From positions 64,001 to 128,000 of the forward strand of contig JAFATB010000018.1 of the NCBI GenBank assembly GCA_019244185.1: a stretch of DNA of 64,000 nucleotides, in the 5' to 3' direction. A program made the position numbers and the translations under genes. Under the pieces are notes generated by a model. The model made no database searches. It saw nothing but the letters and a program-made list of their open reading frames with translations, and was not told where the DNA came from. Positions 1-13,472 of this stretch are shown in pieces. This DNA comes from Acidobacteriota bacterium. Lineage in GTDB: Bacteria; Acidobacteriota; Thermoanaerobaculia; Gp7-AA8. Position 1 is the first letter of the stretch, and each line of letters opens with the position of its first letter.

Positions 1-1
1 G

Positions 2-322
2 CGTCTCGTCAACGAAGAGGCGTGGGGCCGTCGCCGTCTCGCGTATCCCATCCAGAAATTCAACGAAGGCGTCTATCACCTCTTCGTGCTCGAGAGCGAG
101 CAGTCGCTCTCCGAGCTCGACCGGCGCATGAAGAACGTCGACCGCGTGCTGCGGCACGTGATCGTGCGCACGGACCTCGAGCACAAGCGCGCCGAGAAAC
201 TCGCCAAGCGCAATCCGAAGAAGGAGCGCGTCCGTCCGGCTCCCGCCGCCGCGGCCGCGGCTCCGGAAGCGGCCGGTCTCGACGCGATGACCGCCGGCGC
301 GGAAGACGCGCCGCAGGCGTAA
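2..322 (+). CDS. rpsF: 30S ribosomal protein S6 (5'-truncated by window edge)
   Basis: Frame from nt 2 reads [28 protein letters not shown]...VLRHVIVR, the S6 signature; upstream of S18. Confidence 0.95.
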   Translation, partial: RLVNEEAWGRRRLAYPIQKFNEGVYHLFVLESEQSLSELDRRMKNVDRVLRHVIVRTDLEHKRAEKLAKRNPKKERVRPAPAAAAAAPEAAGLDAMTAGAEDAPQA

Positions 323-335
323 GGAGGAACGAACC

Positions 336-647
336 ATGGCAACGATGGCACCGAGAAGAGGTCCCGGCGGCCCCGGCGGCGGCGACGATCGTCGCGGCGG
401 TCCGGGCGGTCAGCAGGGCGGCAAGAAGAAGTTCTTCTATCGCCGCAAGCGCGTCTGCAAGTTCTGCGTCGAGAAGATCGAGTACATCGACTTCAAGGAC
501 GTGAAGACGCTCCAGCAGTTCATCCCCGAGCGCGGCAAGATCCTTCCGCGCCGCATCTCCGGTACGTGCGCGCTGCACCAGCGCAAGCTGCAGAACGCGA
601 TCAAGCGCGCGCGCATCGCGGCGCTGCTCCCGTTCACGGCCGACTAG
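336..647 (+). CDS. rpsR: 30S ribosomal protein S18 (Zn-ribbon type, Gly-rich N-terminal extension)
   Basis: CKFC...IDFKDV...[17 protein letters not shown]...AIKRAR; SD AAGGAGG upstream. Confidence 0.97.
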   Translation: MATMAPRRGPGGPGGGDDRRGGPGGQQGGKKKFFYRRKRVCKFCVEKIEYIDFKDVKTLQQFIPERGKILPRRISGTCALHQRKLQNAIKRARIAALLPFTAD

Positions 648-654
648 TCAACGG

Positions 655-1707
655 ATGATCGACATGTCCCTCCCGCCGCAGGCGGACCTGCAGAGCGAGC
701 CGGCGCCGCTGCCCGCGCGATCCTTCGGACGCGTGGCGCGCAGCGTCGCGGGCTATTCGGCGGCGACGGCCCTGATGGTCGTCACGCCGATGCTGGTCTT
801 CGTGCCGGCCGCGCTGTTCCACTGCGCGGTCCGCAACGGACGCCGCGCGGCGTATCTCGCCGCGACGCTGGCGATGATGCTGGCCGCAGCGTACGTCGCG
901 GCGACGCCGTCATCGGCGCCCGGCGCGATGCAGATGGCGTGGTCGTACCTCGCGGCGGTGGCTCTGGCCATCGTCGTGCCGTCGCTCGCGGCGCTACCGC
1001 TCATCGAGCGCGGCGAGTCGTTCGGCCGCGTGCTGATGTTCCTGCTCGTGGGAAGCGCCGTCGGCCTCACGGTGACGGAAGCCGCCTCGCGGCTCCTCGC
1101 CGCGTACTCGCCGTACGCGGCCCAACTTGCGCAGGCGAAGCTGACCGGCGTCTATCTCATACGCCAGTATCACGAGAAAGGCATCCCGGCCGATCTCATC
1201 GAGGCCGTGCAGCGCTGGATCGGCTACAGCATCTTCGCGCTGACGGCGGTGATCCTGATCAACGTGACGCTGGTGTTCGTCCTCAGCCTGCTGATGCTCG
1301 GCCGGCTGAAGGCGTGGCGTGCGCTGGCCGCGCGCCGCACGGACACGCAGACGGCGGGCGCGTACTTTTTCCGCAACCTCGCGCTGCCGGACTGGCTGCT
1401 CTTCGCGTTCATCGTGGGCGGTCTCACTCCGCTCGCGAGCGGGATGCTGCAGAAGGTCGCGGCGAACGTGCTCGCGCTGGTCGCGTTCCTGTACATCCTG
1501 CAGGGACTGGCCATCTTCCGGTTCCTGCTCGTGTCGATCGGCGCGGGCATGGCCGGAACGATGCTCGGCTGGCTGCTGCTCGCGTTCCTCACGATCACCG
1601 GCGTCGGGCCGCTGCTGTTAGGCGTGGCGGGACTGTTCGATCCGTTTTTCGATTTCCGACATTTCAAGAAGCGAAAGGACGACTCTCATGAAAGTCATTC
1701 TGACTGA
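655..1707 (+). CDS. DUF2232/YybS-family membrane protein
   Basis: Multi-TM protein ending GLFDPFFDFR; conserved position between rpsR and rplI. Confidence 0.8.
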   Translation: MIDMSLPPQADLQSEPAPLPARSFGRVARSVAGYSAATALMVVTPMLVFVPAALFHCAVRNGRRAAYLAATLAMMLAAAYVAATPSSAPGAMQMAWSYLAAVALAIVVPSLAALPLIERGESFGRVLMFLLVGSAVGLTVTEAASRLLAAYSPYAAQLAQAKLTGVYLIRQYHEKGIPADLIEAVQRWIGYSIFALTAVILINVTLVFVLSLLMLGRLKAWRALAARRTDTQTAGAYFFRNLALPDWLLFAFIVGGLTPLASGMLQKVAANVLALVAFLYILQGLAIFRFLLVSIGAGMAGTMLGWLLLAFLTITGVGPLLLGVAGLFDPFFDFRHFKKRKDDSHESHSD

Positions 1708-2191
1708 GGAGATCCGCGGCCTCGGGACGCGCGGCGACATCGTCACCGTCAAGGACGGTTACGCGCGCAACTTCCTCCTCCCGAAGAACCTCGCCCGCGA
1801 GGCGAGCGCCAGCAATCTCAAGCAGATCGAGCACGAGCGCCGCAAGTGGGCGCTGCTCGCGCAGCAGGAGAAGGATGCCGCGCAGAAGGCCGCCGACGCG
1901 GTCAAGGGCGTGAAGATCCGCATCGAGAAGCGCGTGGGCGAGCACGGACAGCTGTTCGGCTCCGTCACCGCGAACGAGATTGCGGACGCGCTGCTCTCGC
2001 GTGGCGTGGAAGTGGACAAGCGCCGCATCGAGCTCGCGCAGCCGATCAAGAACGTCGGCATGCACGACGTCGAGGTGCGTCTGCACCGCGACGTGACCGC
2101 GCACATCCAGGTCGAAGTCGCGGCCCAGGGCGTCGAGCGTCTCGAAGAGACCGAGACCGCCGCGGCCGCGCCGGCCGAAGCCGAGCAGTAG
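1688..2191 (+). CDS. rplI: 50S ribosomal protein L9
   Basis: MKVIL...LG..GD.V.VKDGYARNFLLP...LFGSVT. Confidence 0.97.
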   Translation: MKVILTEEIRGLGTRGDIVTVKDGYARNFLLPKNLAREASASNLKQIEHERRKWALLAQQEKDAAQKAADAVKGVKIRIEKRVGEHGQLFGSVTANEIADALLSRGVEVDKRRIELAQPIKNVGMHDVEVRLHRDVTAHIQVEVAAQGVERLEETETAAAAPAEAEQ

Positions 2192-2237
2192 CCTACAATC
2201 GGAGCGCCGATGCGTCCCGCGTCGGCGCTCCGCGTTT

Positions 2238-3356
2238 GTGATGGCTGACGATCGGTACGTCGACGCTCCTCCCGCCGGTGCGGATGCCTGGCGCGAGGTC
2301 TGGCGCGACGACCGCCGCTTCCGCCCGCGCACCTCGAAACACGACTGGCTGCTGCGCCTCGTGCGCCGCCTCGTGGGCCGCGCCGGCGAGCCGGAAGCCG
2401 AGCGCCAGAAGAACTTCAACATCGCGCTGCTCGATCTCGTCGCCGACGTGCGGCGCGAGCTCGATGCGGTGCGCGGCGATCTGCGCGGCGATCTCGAAGC
2501 CGTGCAGCGCGACCTCGCCGGCGCGCTTGCCGCCGAAAGCACGCGCCTCCGCGAGCTCGTCATCACCGCCGCCAAACGCAACGACGCGCTCATCGCCGCG
2601 CTCGATCAGAAGATCGAGACGGTCGCGGTGCGGGTGCGGGATGCGGTGAACCCGAGTGTGCCGCGCGATGTGAATGTCGAAGCTCGCCGTGAAGACCTGC
2701 TCTACCGCCGCCTCGAAGACGCGTTGCGCGGCTCGGAGGCGGCGATCCGGATGGATGTCGCGCCGTACGTGCGGCTGGCCGCCGATCACCAGCCAGTGCT
2801 CGATGCCGGCTGCGGGCGCGGCGAGTTTCTCGAGGCGTGCCGCGCCGCGGGCATCGCTGCGCGCGGTGTCGATACGAACGAGCGTTCCGTCGCGGATCTC
2901 CGCGCGCGCGGGCTCGATGTTGCGCTCGCGGGCGTGCCGGAGTGTTTTGCTCCCGTCGAGGATGCGTCGCTCGGCTCCGTCGTGGCCATGCATGTTGTCG
3001 AGCATCTGCCCGTCGAGGCGTTGTTCGCGCTGTTTCGCGAATCCGCGCGCGTGCTCCGCGCGGACGGGTTGCTGATCGTCGAGACGCCGAACGCGGAGTC
3101 GGCGGCGTTCGCCGCGTCCGACTTCTGGCGCGACCCGACGCACCTCGCGCCGCGGCATGCGGCCGCGCTGACCGTCCTCGCGCGCGAGCACGGATTCGAG
3201 ATCGCCGAAGCGCGCCCCGTGCACGAGTTGCCGGATGGAACGCGCATTCCGATTCTCGAAACGGATGCGCCGGAGTTGCAGCGCGTGATTCACGCGGTGA
3301 ACGACCGCTTCTTCGCACCGCCGGACTTCAGGCTGATCGCGCGACGGATGGCGTGA
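2238..3356 (+). CDS. Class I SAM-dependent methyltransferase with N-terminal coiled coil
   Basis: VLDAGCGRGEF, HVVEHL, ETPN, FWRDPTH motifs. Confidence 0.85.
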   Translation: MMADDRYVDAPPAGADAWREVWRDDRRFRPRTSKHDWLLRLVRRLVGRAGEPEAERQKNFNIALLDLVADVRRELDAVRGDLRGDLEAVQRDLAGALAAESTRLRELVITAAKRNDALIAALDQKIETVAVRVRDAVNPSVPRDVNVEARREDLLYRRLEDALRGSEAAIRMDVAPYVRLAADHQPVLDAGCGRGEFLEACRAAGIAARGVDTNERSVADLRARGLDVALAGVPECFAPVEDASLGSVVAMHVVEHLPVEALFALFRESARVLRADGLLIVETPNAESAAFAASDFWRDPTHLAPRHAAALTVLAREHGFEIAEARPVHELPDGTRIPILETDAPELQRVIHAVNDRFFAPPDFRLIARRMA

Positions 3357-3425
3357 CGGCGGGGCCCCGTTCGGTGCGCGCCCACGCTTGGGCGCCACAG
3401 CGCGTAATGCAACCGCTGCCCGACC

Positions 3426-4109
3426 TCACACTCGATCGTCGAACGGCTTGACGTCGACGACGACCGCGGCGGGCGGGGGCGGGGGGACGTGGCGCGGCAG
3501 GATCGCGCCGAGGAGCAGGCCGGCGACGAGGCCGCCGATGTGCGCGGCGTTGTCGATCTGCGGGAAGCGCGACACCACGATCAGATTGAGCGCCGCCCAG
3601 AAGATGCATTGCTTGACGATGCTGCGGCCCATGCGGTCGTGACGCCAGCGCGGCGAGCGCAGGATCGACGAGATGAACGCGCCGAGGATGCCGAAGATCG
3701 CGCCGCTCGCGCCGACGGAGGCGCCGGCGTTGTGCAGCACGCTCGTGAGCGACGCGACGATGCCGGCGCTGAAGTAGATGATGAGAAAGCGGCGCGTGCC
3801 GAACATCAGCTCGTACAACGGTCCGAGTTGATACAGCGCGAAGAGGTTGACGGCCAGATGTAGCAGGTCGCCGCCGACCGTGCCGTCGCCGTGGAGAAAC
3901 ATCGCGGTGACGAGGCGCCAGTACTGGCCCGCGCGCACGGCCTCGGGGATCGTCGCGCCGAGCAACGCAAGGCGTTCGCCGTTGCGCCATGCGCCGGTGA
4001 GGATCTCGATCGCGAAGCCGGCGAGAATCGCGCAGATCAGAAACAACGCGGCTGGCGTGCGCCGGCGTCGTCGCGGGCGCGGTGGCGGTGCGGTGGCGAA
4101 CTCGCTCAC
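3426..4109 (-). CDS. Rhomboid intramembrane serine protease
   Basis: WRLVTAMFLH, HLAVN, GASG, AHIGG. Confidence 0.93.
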   Translation of the reverse strand: MSEFATAPPPRPRRRRRTPAALFLICAILAGFAIEILTGAWRNGERLALLGATIPEAVRAGQYWRLVTAMFLHGDGTVGGDLLHLAVNLFALYQLGPLYELMFGTRRFLIIYFSAGIVASLTSVLHNAGASVGASGAIFGILGAFISSILRSPRWRHDRMGRSIVKQCIFWAALNLIVVSRFPQIDNAAHIGGLVAGLLLGAILPRHVPPPPPAAVVVDVKPFDDRV

Positions 4110-4888
4110 CGGCGCTCCAGCAGCGCGGAGACTCGGCGCATCAGCAAGTGAGCGGTTCGTGGGAACGTTTCTTTGAGGCGCATGTAGAGATGTGCGAATG
4201 GCGGCAGGATGCGGCGATACCCTCCGTCCTCGGCGGCATCGCAGACCGCGCGCGCGACGCGCTCCGGCGACACCGCGCCGATCAGCCGCGACGCACCCGG
4301 CATTTTCCCGCGCTCGGCTTTGACGAAAAACTCGCTCTCCGTCGTGCCGGGGCAGACCAGTGCAACGCGCACGCCGCGGCCGAGCACCTCATCGCGCAGC
4401 GCTTCCGTGAAACCGATGACGGCGAACTTCGTCGCGCAGTACCCGCCCATCCGCGCGTAGCCCATGATGCCGGCGATCGACGCCACGTTGACGATCGTCC
4501 CCGATCCGCGCGCGATCATGCGCGGCAGCGCGGCCTGCGTGCAGTGCACGACGCCGAAGTAGTTCGTGTCCATCATCGCGCGCAACTCCTCCGCGGACGC
4601 GTCGGCGATCGCGGCGAACGTCGCGAAGCCGGCGTTGTTGACGAGCACGTCGACGTCGCCCGCAGCCTCGATGAGACGGAGGCAATCGCCGGCCTGCGTC
4701 ACGTCGGTCGCGACGGCCGTCGCGCGCACGCCGAGGGCGCGGCAATCGGCGGCGGTGCGCTCCAGTTGCTCGAGGCGGCGGGCGCCCAGAACGACGTTCG
4801 CGCCGCGGCGCGCGAGCTCGAGCGCGGTGGCGCGGCCGATCCCGCTGGAAGCTCCTGTAACGACGGCGGTTTTCCCTCGCAGATCCAT
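4106..4888 (-). CDS. Short-chain dehydrogenase/reductase
   Basis: TGASSGIG, NNAG, YCATK. Confidence 0.93.
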   Translation of the reverse strand: MDLRGKTAVVTGASSGIGRATALELARRGANVVLGARRLEQLERTAADCRALGVRATAVATDVTQAGDCLRLIEAAGDVDVLVNNAGFATFAAIADASAEELRAMMDTNYFGVVHCTQAALPRMIARGSGTIVNVASIAGIMGYARMGGYCATKFAVIGFTEALRDEVLGRGVRVALVCPGTTESEFFVKAERGKMPGASRLIGAVSPERVARAVCDAAEDGGYRRILPPFAHLYMRLKETFPRTAHLLMRRVSALLERR

Positions 4889-4924
4889 CGGCAGTGCGAG
4901 AGTTTATCGGCAGCGTTCTCGCAT

Positions 4925-4954
4925 TTGACAGTCCAAAAGTGCGGCACCTATACT
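4925..4954 (+). promoter_or_regulatory. Sigma70-type promoter of ilvE
   Basis: TTGACA-18 nt-TATACT upstream of the AGGAGG SD of ilvE. Confidence 0.7.
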
Positions 4955-5015
4955 CCGGCCGAAGTCCATCCTCTGACTCGCCCGAGTCTCGCGCCGCCGA
5001 CCAGGAGGTCCCGTC

Positions 5016-5984
5016 ATGCCCTTCGAAGAAGTGAAAAAAGTGTGGATGAACGGCCGGCTGGTCGACTTCGCCGACGCGAAGGTCCACGTCTTCACGCACG
5101 CCATCCACTACGGCTCCGGCCTGTTCGAAGGGATCCGCTGCTACAACACCAAACGCGGACCGGCGATCTTCCGGCTGCCCGAGCACACGCGGCGCCTCTT
5201 CGACAGCTGCAAGATCTACCGGATGGACATGCCGTACTCCGCCGACGAGATCAACCGCGCCTGCATCGACACCATTCAGGCGAACGACTTCGAGGATTGC
5301 TATCTGCGTCCCGTCGTCTACCGCGGCTTCCACTCCCTCGGCGTGTTCCCCGGCTCGTGCCCGGTCGACGTCGTCATCGGCGCGTGGCGCTGGGGCAAAT
5401 ACCTCGGGCCTGAGGCGATCGAGCAGGGCGTCGACGTCCGCGTCTCGTCGTGGAACCGCATGGCGCCGAACACGTTCCCCGCTCTCGCCAAGGCGACCGG
5501 CAACTACATGAACTCGATCCTGATTCGCCAGGAAGCAGCGATCGACGGTTACTCCGAGGGGATCGCACTCGACGTCAACGGTTACGTGAGTGAAGGTTCC
5601 GGCGAGAATATCTTCGTCATCCGTGACAGCAAGATCTTCACGCCGCCGTTCGGCGCGTCGATCCTCGGCGGCATCACGCGCGACAGCATTCTGCGCATCG
5701 CCAAAGACTTCGGCTACGAGGTCGTCGAGTCGCTGATCCCGCGCGAGATGCTGTACATCGCGGACGAGGTGTTCTTCACCGGCACCGCCGCGGAGGTCAC
5801 GCCCATCCGCTCGATCGACCGGATGAAGATCGGCAGCGGCCGCCGCGGCCCGATCACCGAGCGGTTGCAGAAGGAGTTTTTCGCTTACATCAACGGCGAG
5901 ATTCCAGACCGCTACAACTGGCTTACGCCCGTGTACGCGGAGCGTGATGCCGCGGTGCGGAAGCCGGCTCTCGTCGCGAGCTGA
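5016..5984 (+). CDS. ilvE: Branched-chain amino acid aminotransferase
   Basis: HYGSGLFEGIR, YLRP, AKATGNY, EGSGENIF, GITRDS, TGTAAEV. Confidence 0.95.
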   Translation: MPFEEVKKVWMNGRLVDFADAKVHVFTHAIHYGSGLFEGIRCYNTKRGPAIFRLPEHTRRLFDSCKIYRMDMPYSADEINRACIDTIQANDFEDCYLRPVVYRGFHSLGVFPGSCPVDVVIGAWRWGKYLGPEAIEQGVDVRVSSWNRMAPNTFPALAKATGNYMNSILIRQEAAIDGYSEGIALDVNGYVSEGSGENIFVIRDSKIFTPPFGASILGGITRDSILRIAKDFGYEVVESLIPREMLYIADEVFFTGTAAEVTPIRSIDRMKIGSGRRGPITERLQKEFFAYINGEIPDRYNWLTPVYAERDAAVRKPALVAS

Positions 5985-6058
5985 CGTGCCGCGAGCGAGC
6001 ACGCCGCGCGCGGTGCCGGCGATGTTCACGCGGACGATCGCCGCGCGTGCTCGCACCT

Positions 6059-6730
6059 TCATAGCAGGCCCTGCCGGCTCATCGAGCAGTAGCTGTGCGC
6101 GCCGATGATGAGGTGATCGAGCAGTTCGATGTCCGCGAACGCCAGCGACTCTTTCACTTTCATCGTGAATTCGAGGTCGTCGTTCGAGGGGCTCGAACTG
6201 CCGGACGGATGGTTGTGAAAGAGGACGATCGAGATGGCGTCGTCGACCACCGCCTGGCGGATGATGTCGCGCGTCGACACGAGCGCGTTGTTCGCGGTGC
6301 CGACGAAGATCTCGCGCTGCACTTTGATGCGGCGGCGTGAGTCGAGGAAGACGGCGCCGAGCCGCTCCTGCCGGTGATGGCCGTAGGCGGTGACGAGCTT
6401 GCGCCCCATGAGATCGACGTCGAAGTCGGGAAGATCGTCGGGCTTGCCGCAGAAGACGCGGCGCGCGTACTCGCCCGCGGCGAGGATGCGGGACGCTTTG
6501 GCGATGCCGATTCCCGGCACCGCCGCGAGCTCCGCCGGATCGCGCCGCATGAGCGCGGCCATGCCGTCCGCAAGGAGCTCGCGCGCGAGTTGAATCGCGT
6601 TCTTGCCGTGCATGCCCGAGCCGAGCAGCACGGCGATGAGCTCGGAGTCGGAGAGCGTCTGCACGCCATGCGCGACGAGTCGCTCGCGCGGACGTTCATC
6701 GGAGGGAAGGTCCGAGATGACATGCGTCAT
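6059..6730 (-). CDS. radC: RadC/JAB-domain protein (core starts at 6730; in-frame SD-bearing ATG at 6856 would add 42 aa)
   Basis: DERPRERL...LSDSELIAVLLGSG, HNHPSG..PS..D, LLDHLII. Confidence 0.92.
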   Translation of the reverse strand: MTHVISDLPSDERPRERLVAHGVQTLSDSELIAVLLGSGMHGKNAIQLARELLADGMAALMRRDPAELAAVPGIGIAKASRILAAGEYARRVFCGKPDDLPDFDVDLMGRKLVTAYGHHRQERLGAVFLDSRRRIKVQREIFVGTANNALVSTRDIIRQAVVDDAISIVLFHNHPSGSSSPSNDDLEFTMKVKESLAFADIELLDHLIIGAHSYCSMSRQGLL

Positions 6731-7131
6731 CGCGGTGGCGCGCGGCTGCCGTGGTGCGCGCGCCGCGGCCGCAGCCGGCGAGCGTCTGCAGACGGTGCGT
6801 GACGCGGCGTTCGGCAGCGCGTTGATCGAAGTAAGAGTGTGGACGACGTCGGTCATCGCGATTTCTCCGGGGTCGTTGCGTGCGGATTGAGCTCGGAGTC
6901 GGAGAGCGTCTGCACGCCGTGCGCGACGAGTCGCTCGCGCGGACGTTCATCCGAGGGAAGGTCGGAGATGACATGCGTCATCGCGGTGGCGCGCGGCTGC
7001 CGTGGCGCGCGCGCCGGAGCCGCAGCCGGCGAGCGTCTGCAGATGGTGCGTGACGAGGCGTTCGGCAGCGCGTTGATCGAAGTAAGAGTGTGGACGACGT
7101 CGGTCATCGCGATTTCTCCGGGGTCGTTGCG
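6637..7131. repeat. Tandem duplication (6637-6880 and 6888-7131; period 251 bp), each copy made of two related ~125-bp units of the radC 5' end
   Basis: Direct comparison gives about 8 substitutions in 244 bp; homologous ATGs on the - strand at 6730, 6856, 6981 and 7107. Confidence 0.93.
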
Positions 7132-7189
7132 GGTCGGGCTTGAGGACCTCTGCAAACGGTGAATGGCAGAGGCAGCGAAACCCTCCCGC

Positions 7190-7912
7190 TCATCGCAGCT
7201 GCTCCAGGATCGCGTCGACGATCGGCGGAATCGCGGTGCCCGCCTTTTCCGCGACGACGAGATCGCACGAGGAGCGGAACGGCGTCATATCGGGATTGAT
7301 CTCGATCGACAGGCCGTGACAGAAGTGGACGAGGCTCGAGGCGGGGTAGACGATGCCGGACGTGCCGATGACGAGGAGGAGGCTCGTGCGCTCGATGGCG
7401 TGAACGGATCGTTCGATCGTCTCCATCGGGATGCGTTCGCCGAACCAGACGACGTCGGGGCGCAGCAGTGCGCCGCAGGAGCAGCGCGGCGGAAGTTCGG
7501 GAAACGCATCGCGGCGCGTCGACGTCGTTCCCTCGCGCGTGCAGCAGACGCGAAAGATGTTGCCGTGGAGCTCCGTGACGTGTTCCGAGCCTGCGCGCGC
7601 GTGCAGTCCGTCGATGTTCTGCGTGATCACGAGCGCGTCGTGAAGGCGGGCGATGGCATCGTGTGCGGCGTTCGGCTTCGCCTCGCGAATGAGCTTGCGG
7701 CGCCACTCGTACCACTCCCACACGAGCGCGGGATCGCGAGCGAACGCTTCCGGGGTCGCGAGGTCTTCCGCGCGGAACGTGCGCCACAGACCGTCGGCGT
7801 CGCGGAAGGTGGGGATGCCGCTTTCGGCGGACACGCCGGCGCCGGTGTAGACGACGACGCGTTCGAGCGCGAGATTGCGGATGGCGGCGATGGCTTCGTC
7901 GATGCTCGTCAC
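7190..7912 (-). CDS. cobB: NAD-dependent protein deacylase (sirtuin, class III-like)
   Basis: GAGVSAESGIPTFR, YEWR (Y-x-x-R), TQNIDGLH, HG, RPDVVWFGE, GTS. Confidence 0.92.
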   Translation of the reverse strand: MTSIDEAIAAIRNLALERVVVYTGAGVSAESGIPTFRDADGLWRTFRAEDLATPEAFARDPALVWEWYEWRRKLIREAKPNAAHDAIARLHDALVITQNIDGLHARAGSEHVTELHGNIFRVCCTREGTTSTRRDAFPELPPRCSCGALLRPDVVWFGERIPMETIERSVHAIERTSLLLVIGTSGIVYPASSLVHFCHGLSIEINPDMTPFRSSCDLVVAEKAGTAIPPIVDAILEQLR

Positions 7913-8046
7913 GCGAACGAGACTAAATCGACGGTGTCAACAGGCCCGTGAAAATCTACCGGAGCGGAGGATCCGCCGGTTTCCGAGGGCAACGTTTCGT
8001 GTGCAAATCGATACGCGGCGTAGAACGCGCGCATCGATGCCACGAA

Positions 8047-9021
8047 TCAGATCTTCGGAATCATGTCGTCGTGCACTTCGATGAACGCGTCCTTGCGGAG
8101 CGTTTCGACGTACGCCTTGTAGTCGCGCTGGAAGGTCTCTTCGCTCGCGTCCTTGCGTAGCTTGCCTTTGATCGATTCGAACGCCGGCACTTCGGACGGC
8201 AGGCGCTGCTCGACTTTCAGGATGTGCCAGCCGGACTTCGTTTCGATCGGGCCGAGGATGGCGCCGGTCTGCGCGTTGAAGACGGCGGTGTCGAGGTCGG
8301 CGACCATGTCGCCTTTGTTGATCTCGCCGACGTCGCCGCCTTTGTCGCGGGTGCTGGCCTCGGACATCGTGGACGCGATCTGCGCGAAGTCGGCGCCTTG
8401 CTTGCGGACGGCGGCGGCGATCTCGGTGGCGCGCTGGTGTGCTTCGAGCTCCTTCGCGGGCGTGTCGGGTTTCAGGACGACGATCTCGCGCAGGTGCGCG
8501 CGCTCGGGGAGGCGGTACGTTTCCTTCTCGCGGTTGTAGCGCTCGCGGAGCTCGGCGTCGGTGAGATCTTCGCGGCTGCGGAGCTCGCGGCTGAAGACTT
8601 TCTGCGTGAGGAGCGTGTCGCGGAGGCGCGTCTCCATCTCGGCGCGCGTGAGGCCGGACTGGCGCAGCGAGTCTTCGAACTGCTGGTCGGTGCTGATGTT
8701 GTACTGCTGTTTGAGGTGGGCGATCGCTTCCTTGATTTCGCTCTCGGAGATGGAGATGCCGAGGCGGTCCGCGCGGTCTTTGATGAGCAGCTCGCTGACC
8801 ATGTCGTTGACGAGGTTCTTGCGAACGGCGTCCTTGCGCGCGGCGACCTGCTCGGGCGGCGTGTTCTGCTGGACTTCGTTCAGCATGTCGCGCAGGCGGC
8901 GCTCGTACTGCGTGCGCGTGACGATGCGGTCGCCGACGCGGATGACGATTCCTTCGAGCAGCTCGGCGCGAACGGAGACGGCCGCGACGGTGAGGGCAAG
9001 GGCGATGAGACTCTTTTTCAT
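8047..9021 (-). CDS. SurA/PrsA-like exported parvulin peptidyl-prolyl isomerase
   Basis: Signal peptide, SurA N-domain, rotamase motifs GGDVG and GWHILKV. Confidence 0.88.
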   Translation of the reverse strand: MKKSLIALALTVAAVSVRAELLEGIVIRVGDRIVTRTQYERRLRDMLNEVQQNTPPEQVAARKDAVRKNLVNDMVSELLIKDRADRLGISISESEIKEAIAHLKQQYNISTDQQFEDSLRQSGLTRAEMETRLRDTLLTQKVFSRELRSREDLTDAELRERYNREKETYRLPERAHLREIVVLKPDTPAKELEAHQRATEIAAAVRKQGADFAQIASTMSEASTRDKGGDVGEINKGDMVADLDTAVFNAQTGAILGPIETKSGWHILKVEQRLPSEVPAFESIKGKLRKDASEETFQRDYKAYVETLRKDAFIEVHDDMIPKI

Positions 9022-9063
9022 GGTCAGATGCTCAGACGTGCTTGCGGGACAACAAGTTCGGCG

Positions 9064-9969
9064 CTACTCGTCTTCCGCCTTCGGAAGGGTGCCCGAGTAG
9101 CGGTACGGCAGCCGGCGTGTCAGCACCGCGATCTTCATTTCCTGCCGGCATTTGGCGACGAGTTGGGCGAGGCGGTCGCGCAGCGCGTCTTCCTTCATGC
9201 GCGTGCGGATCAGCGGCTCGGCGGAGCGGAAGTCGAGCATGCCGGGCGCGCGGCGCTCGTCGACCTGAAAGATGTGGAAGCTCGAGTCCGTGCGGATGAC
9301 ATTGCTGAACGTGCCCGCGGGGAGGCGGAAGATCTCGTCCTCGAACATCTTCGGCAGTTCGCCGCGGCTGACGAAGCCGATCTCGCCGCCGCGTTTCGCG
9401 TTCGGCGCGAGCGAGTACTGCGTGGAGAGGTCCGCGAACGACGCGCCTTCCTTCAGCTTCTTCACGATGTCGTTGGCGAGGTTCTCGTCGTGCACGAGGA
9501 TCTGGCGGACGCGCACTTCCTCGCCGCTGCGGAAGTCGGCCTGGTGCTGCATGTAGTACGACTGCACGTCCGCGTCGCTCGGCTCCGTGACTTCGGACAT
9601 CAGCTGCGCGAGCACTTTGTCGCGGCGCATCTGATCGCGTTTCTCGATGACCGTCGCGCCGGCTTCCGTGCGCACGGCCGCGGCGATCTTCTCCGCCGGC
9701 ACTTCGACGCCGTGCGAGGCCGCGTATTCGGACACGATGATCTCTTCCTCGACGAACTGATCGAGCATCGCGCTCGCGGCCTCCGGCGTCAGCTGTGAGA
9801 GATCGGTACCGCCGTTGTGATCGAGATAGCGTTTGAAGTCGCCGAGGGTAATCATGCGTTCGTTGACGCGCGCGATGACGTCGGGAGGAACGGCCGGCTT
9901 CCGCTTGCACGCGTGCAGGCCGAGGAGCGGAACGAGGAGCGTGAAGATCGCGACGCGGCGGGCGAACAT
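9064..9969 (-). CDS. Parvulin-type peptidyl-prolyl isomerase lipoprotein
   Basis: Lipobox LHAC; VRVRQILV, FADLSTQYS, GGEIG, FHIF. Confidence 0.88.
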   Translation of the reverse strand: MFARRVAIFTLLVPLLGLHACKRKPAVPPDVIARVNERMITLGDFKRYLDHNGGTDLSQLTPEAASAMLDQFVEEEIIVSEYAASHGVEVPAEKIAAAVRTEAGATVIEKRDQMRRDKVLAQLMSEVTEPSDADVQSYYMQHQADFRSGEEVRVRQILVHDENLANDIVKKLKEGASFADLSTQYSLAPNAKRGGEIGFVSRGELPKMFEDEIFRLPAGTFSNVIRTDSSFHIFQVDERRAPGMLDFRSAEPLIRTRMKEDALRDRLAQLVAKCRQEMKIAVLTRRLPYRYSGTLPKAEDE

Positions 9970-10021
9970 GCGACGGGCTGGGGCGGAGTCTATCAGAGCG
10001 GACGCGGCGCCGCGGTGACGT

Positions 10022-13447
<3,426 letters not shown>

Positions 13448-13472
13448 CCGCGCGCGCGATTCTACTTGGGAG

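Noticed and set aside
5985-6058. Hairpin between ilvE and radC as an sRNA
   Set aside because: Short imperfect stem between convergent stops, adequately explained as a terminator-like structure
6637-7131. CRISPR array or DGR template/variable repeat
   Set aside because: Units are ~125 bp without unique spacers; no cas or reverse transcriptase nearby; differences are not adenine-specific
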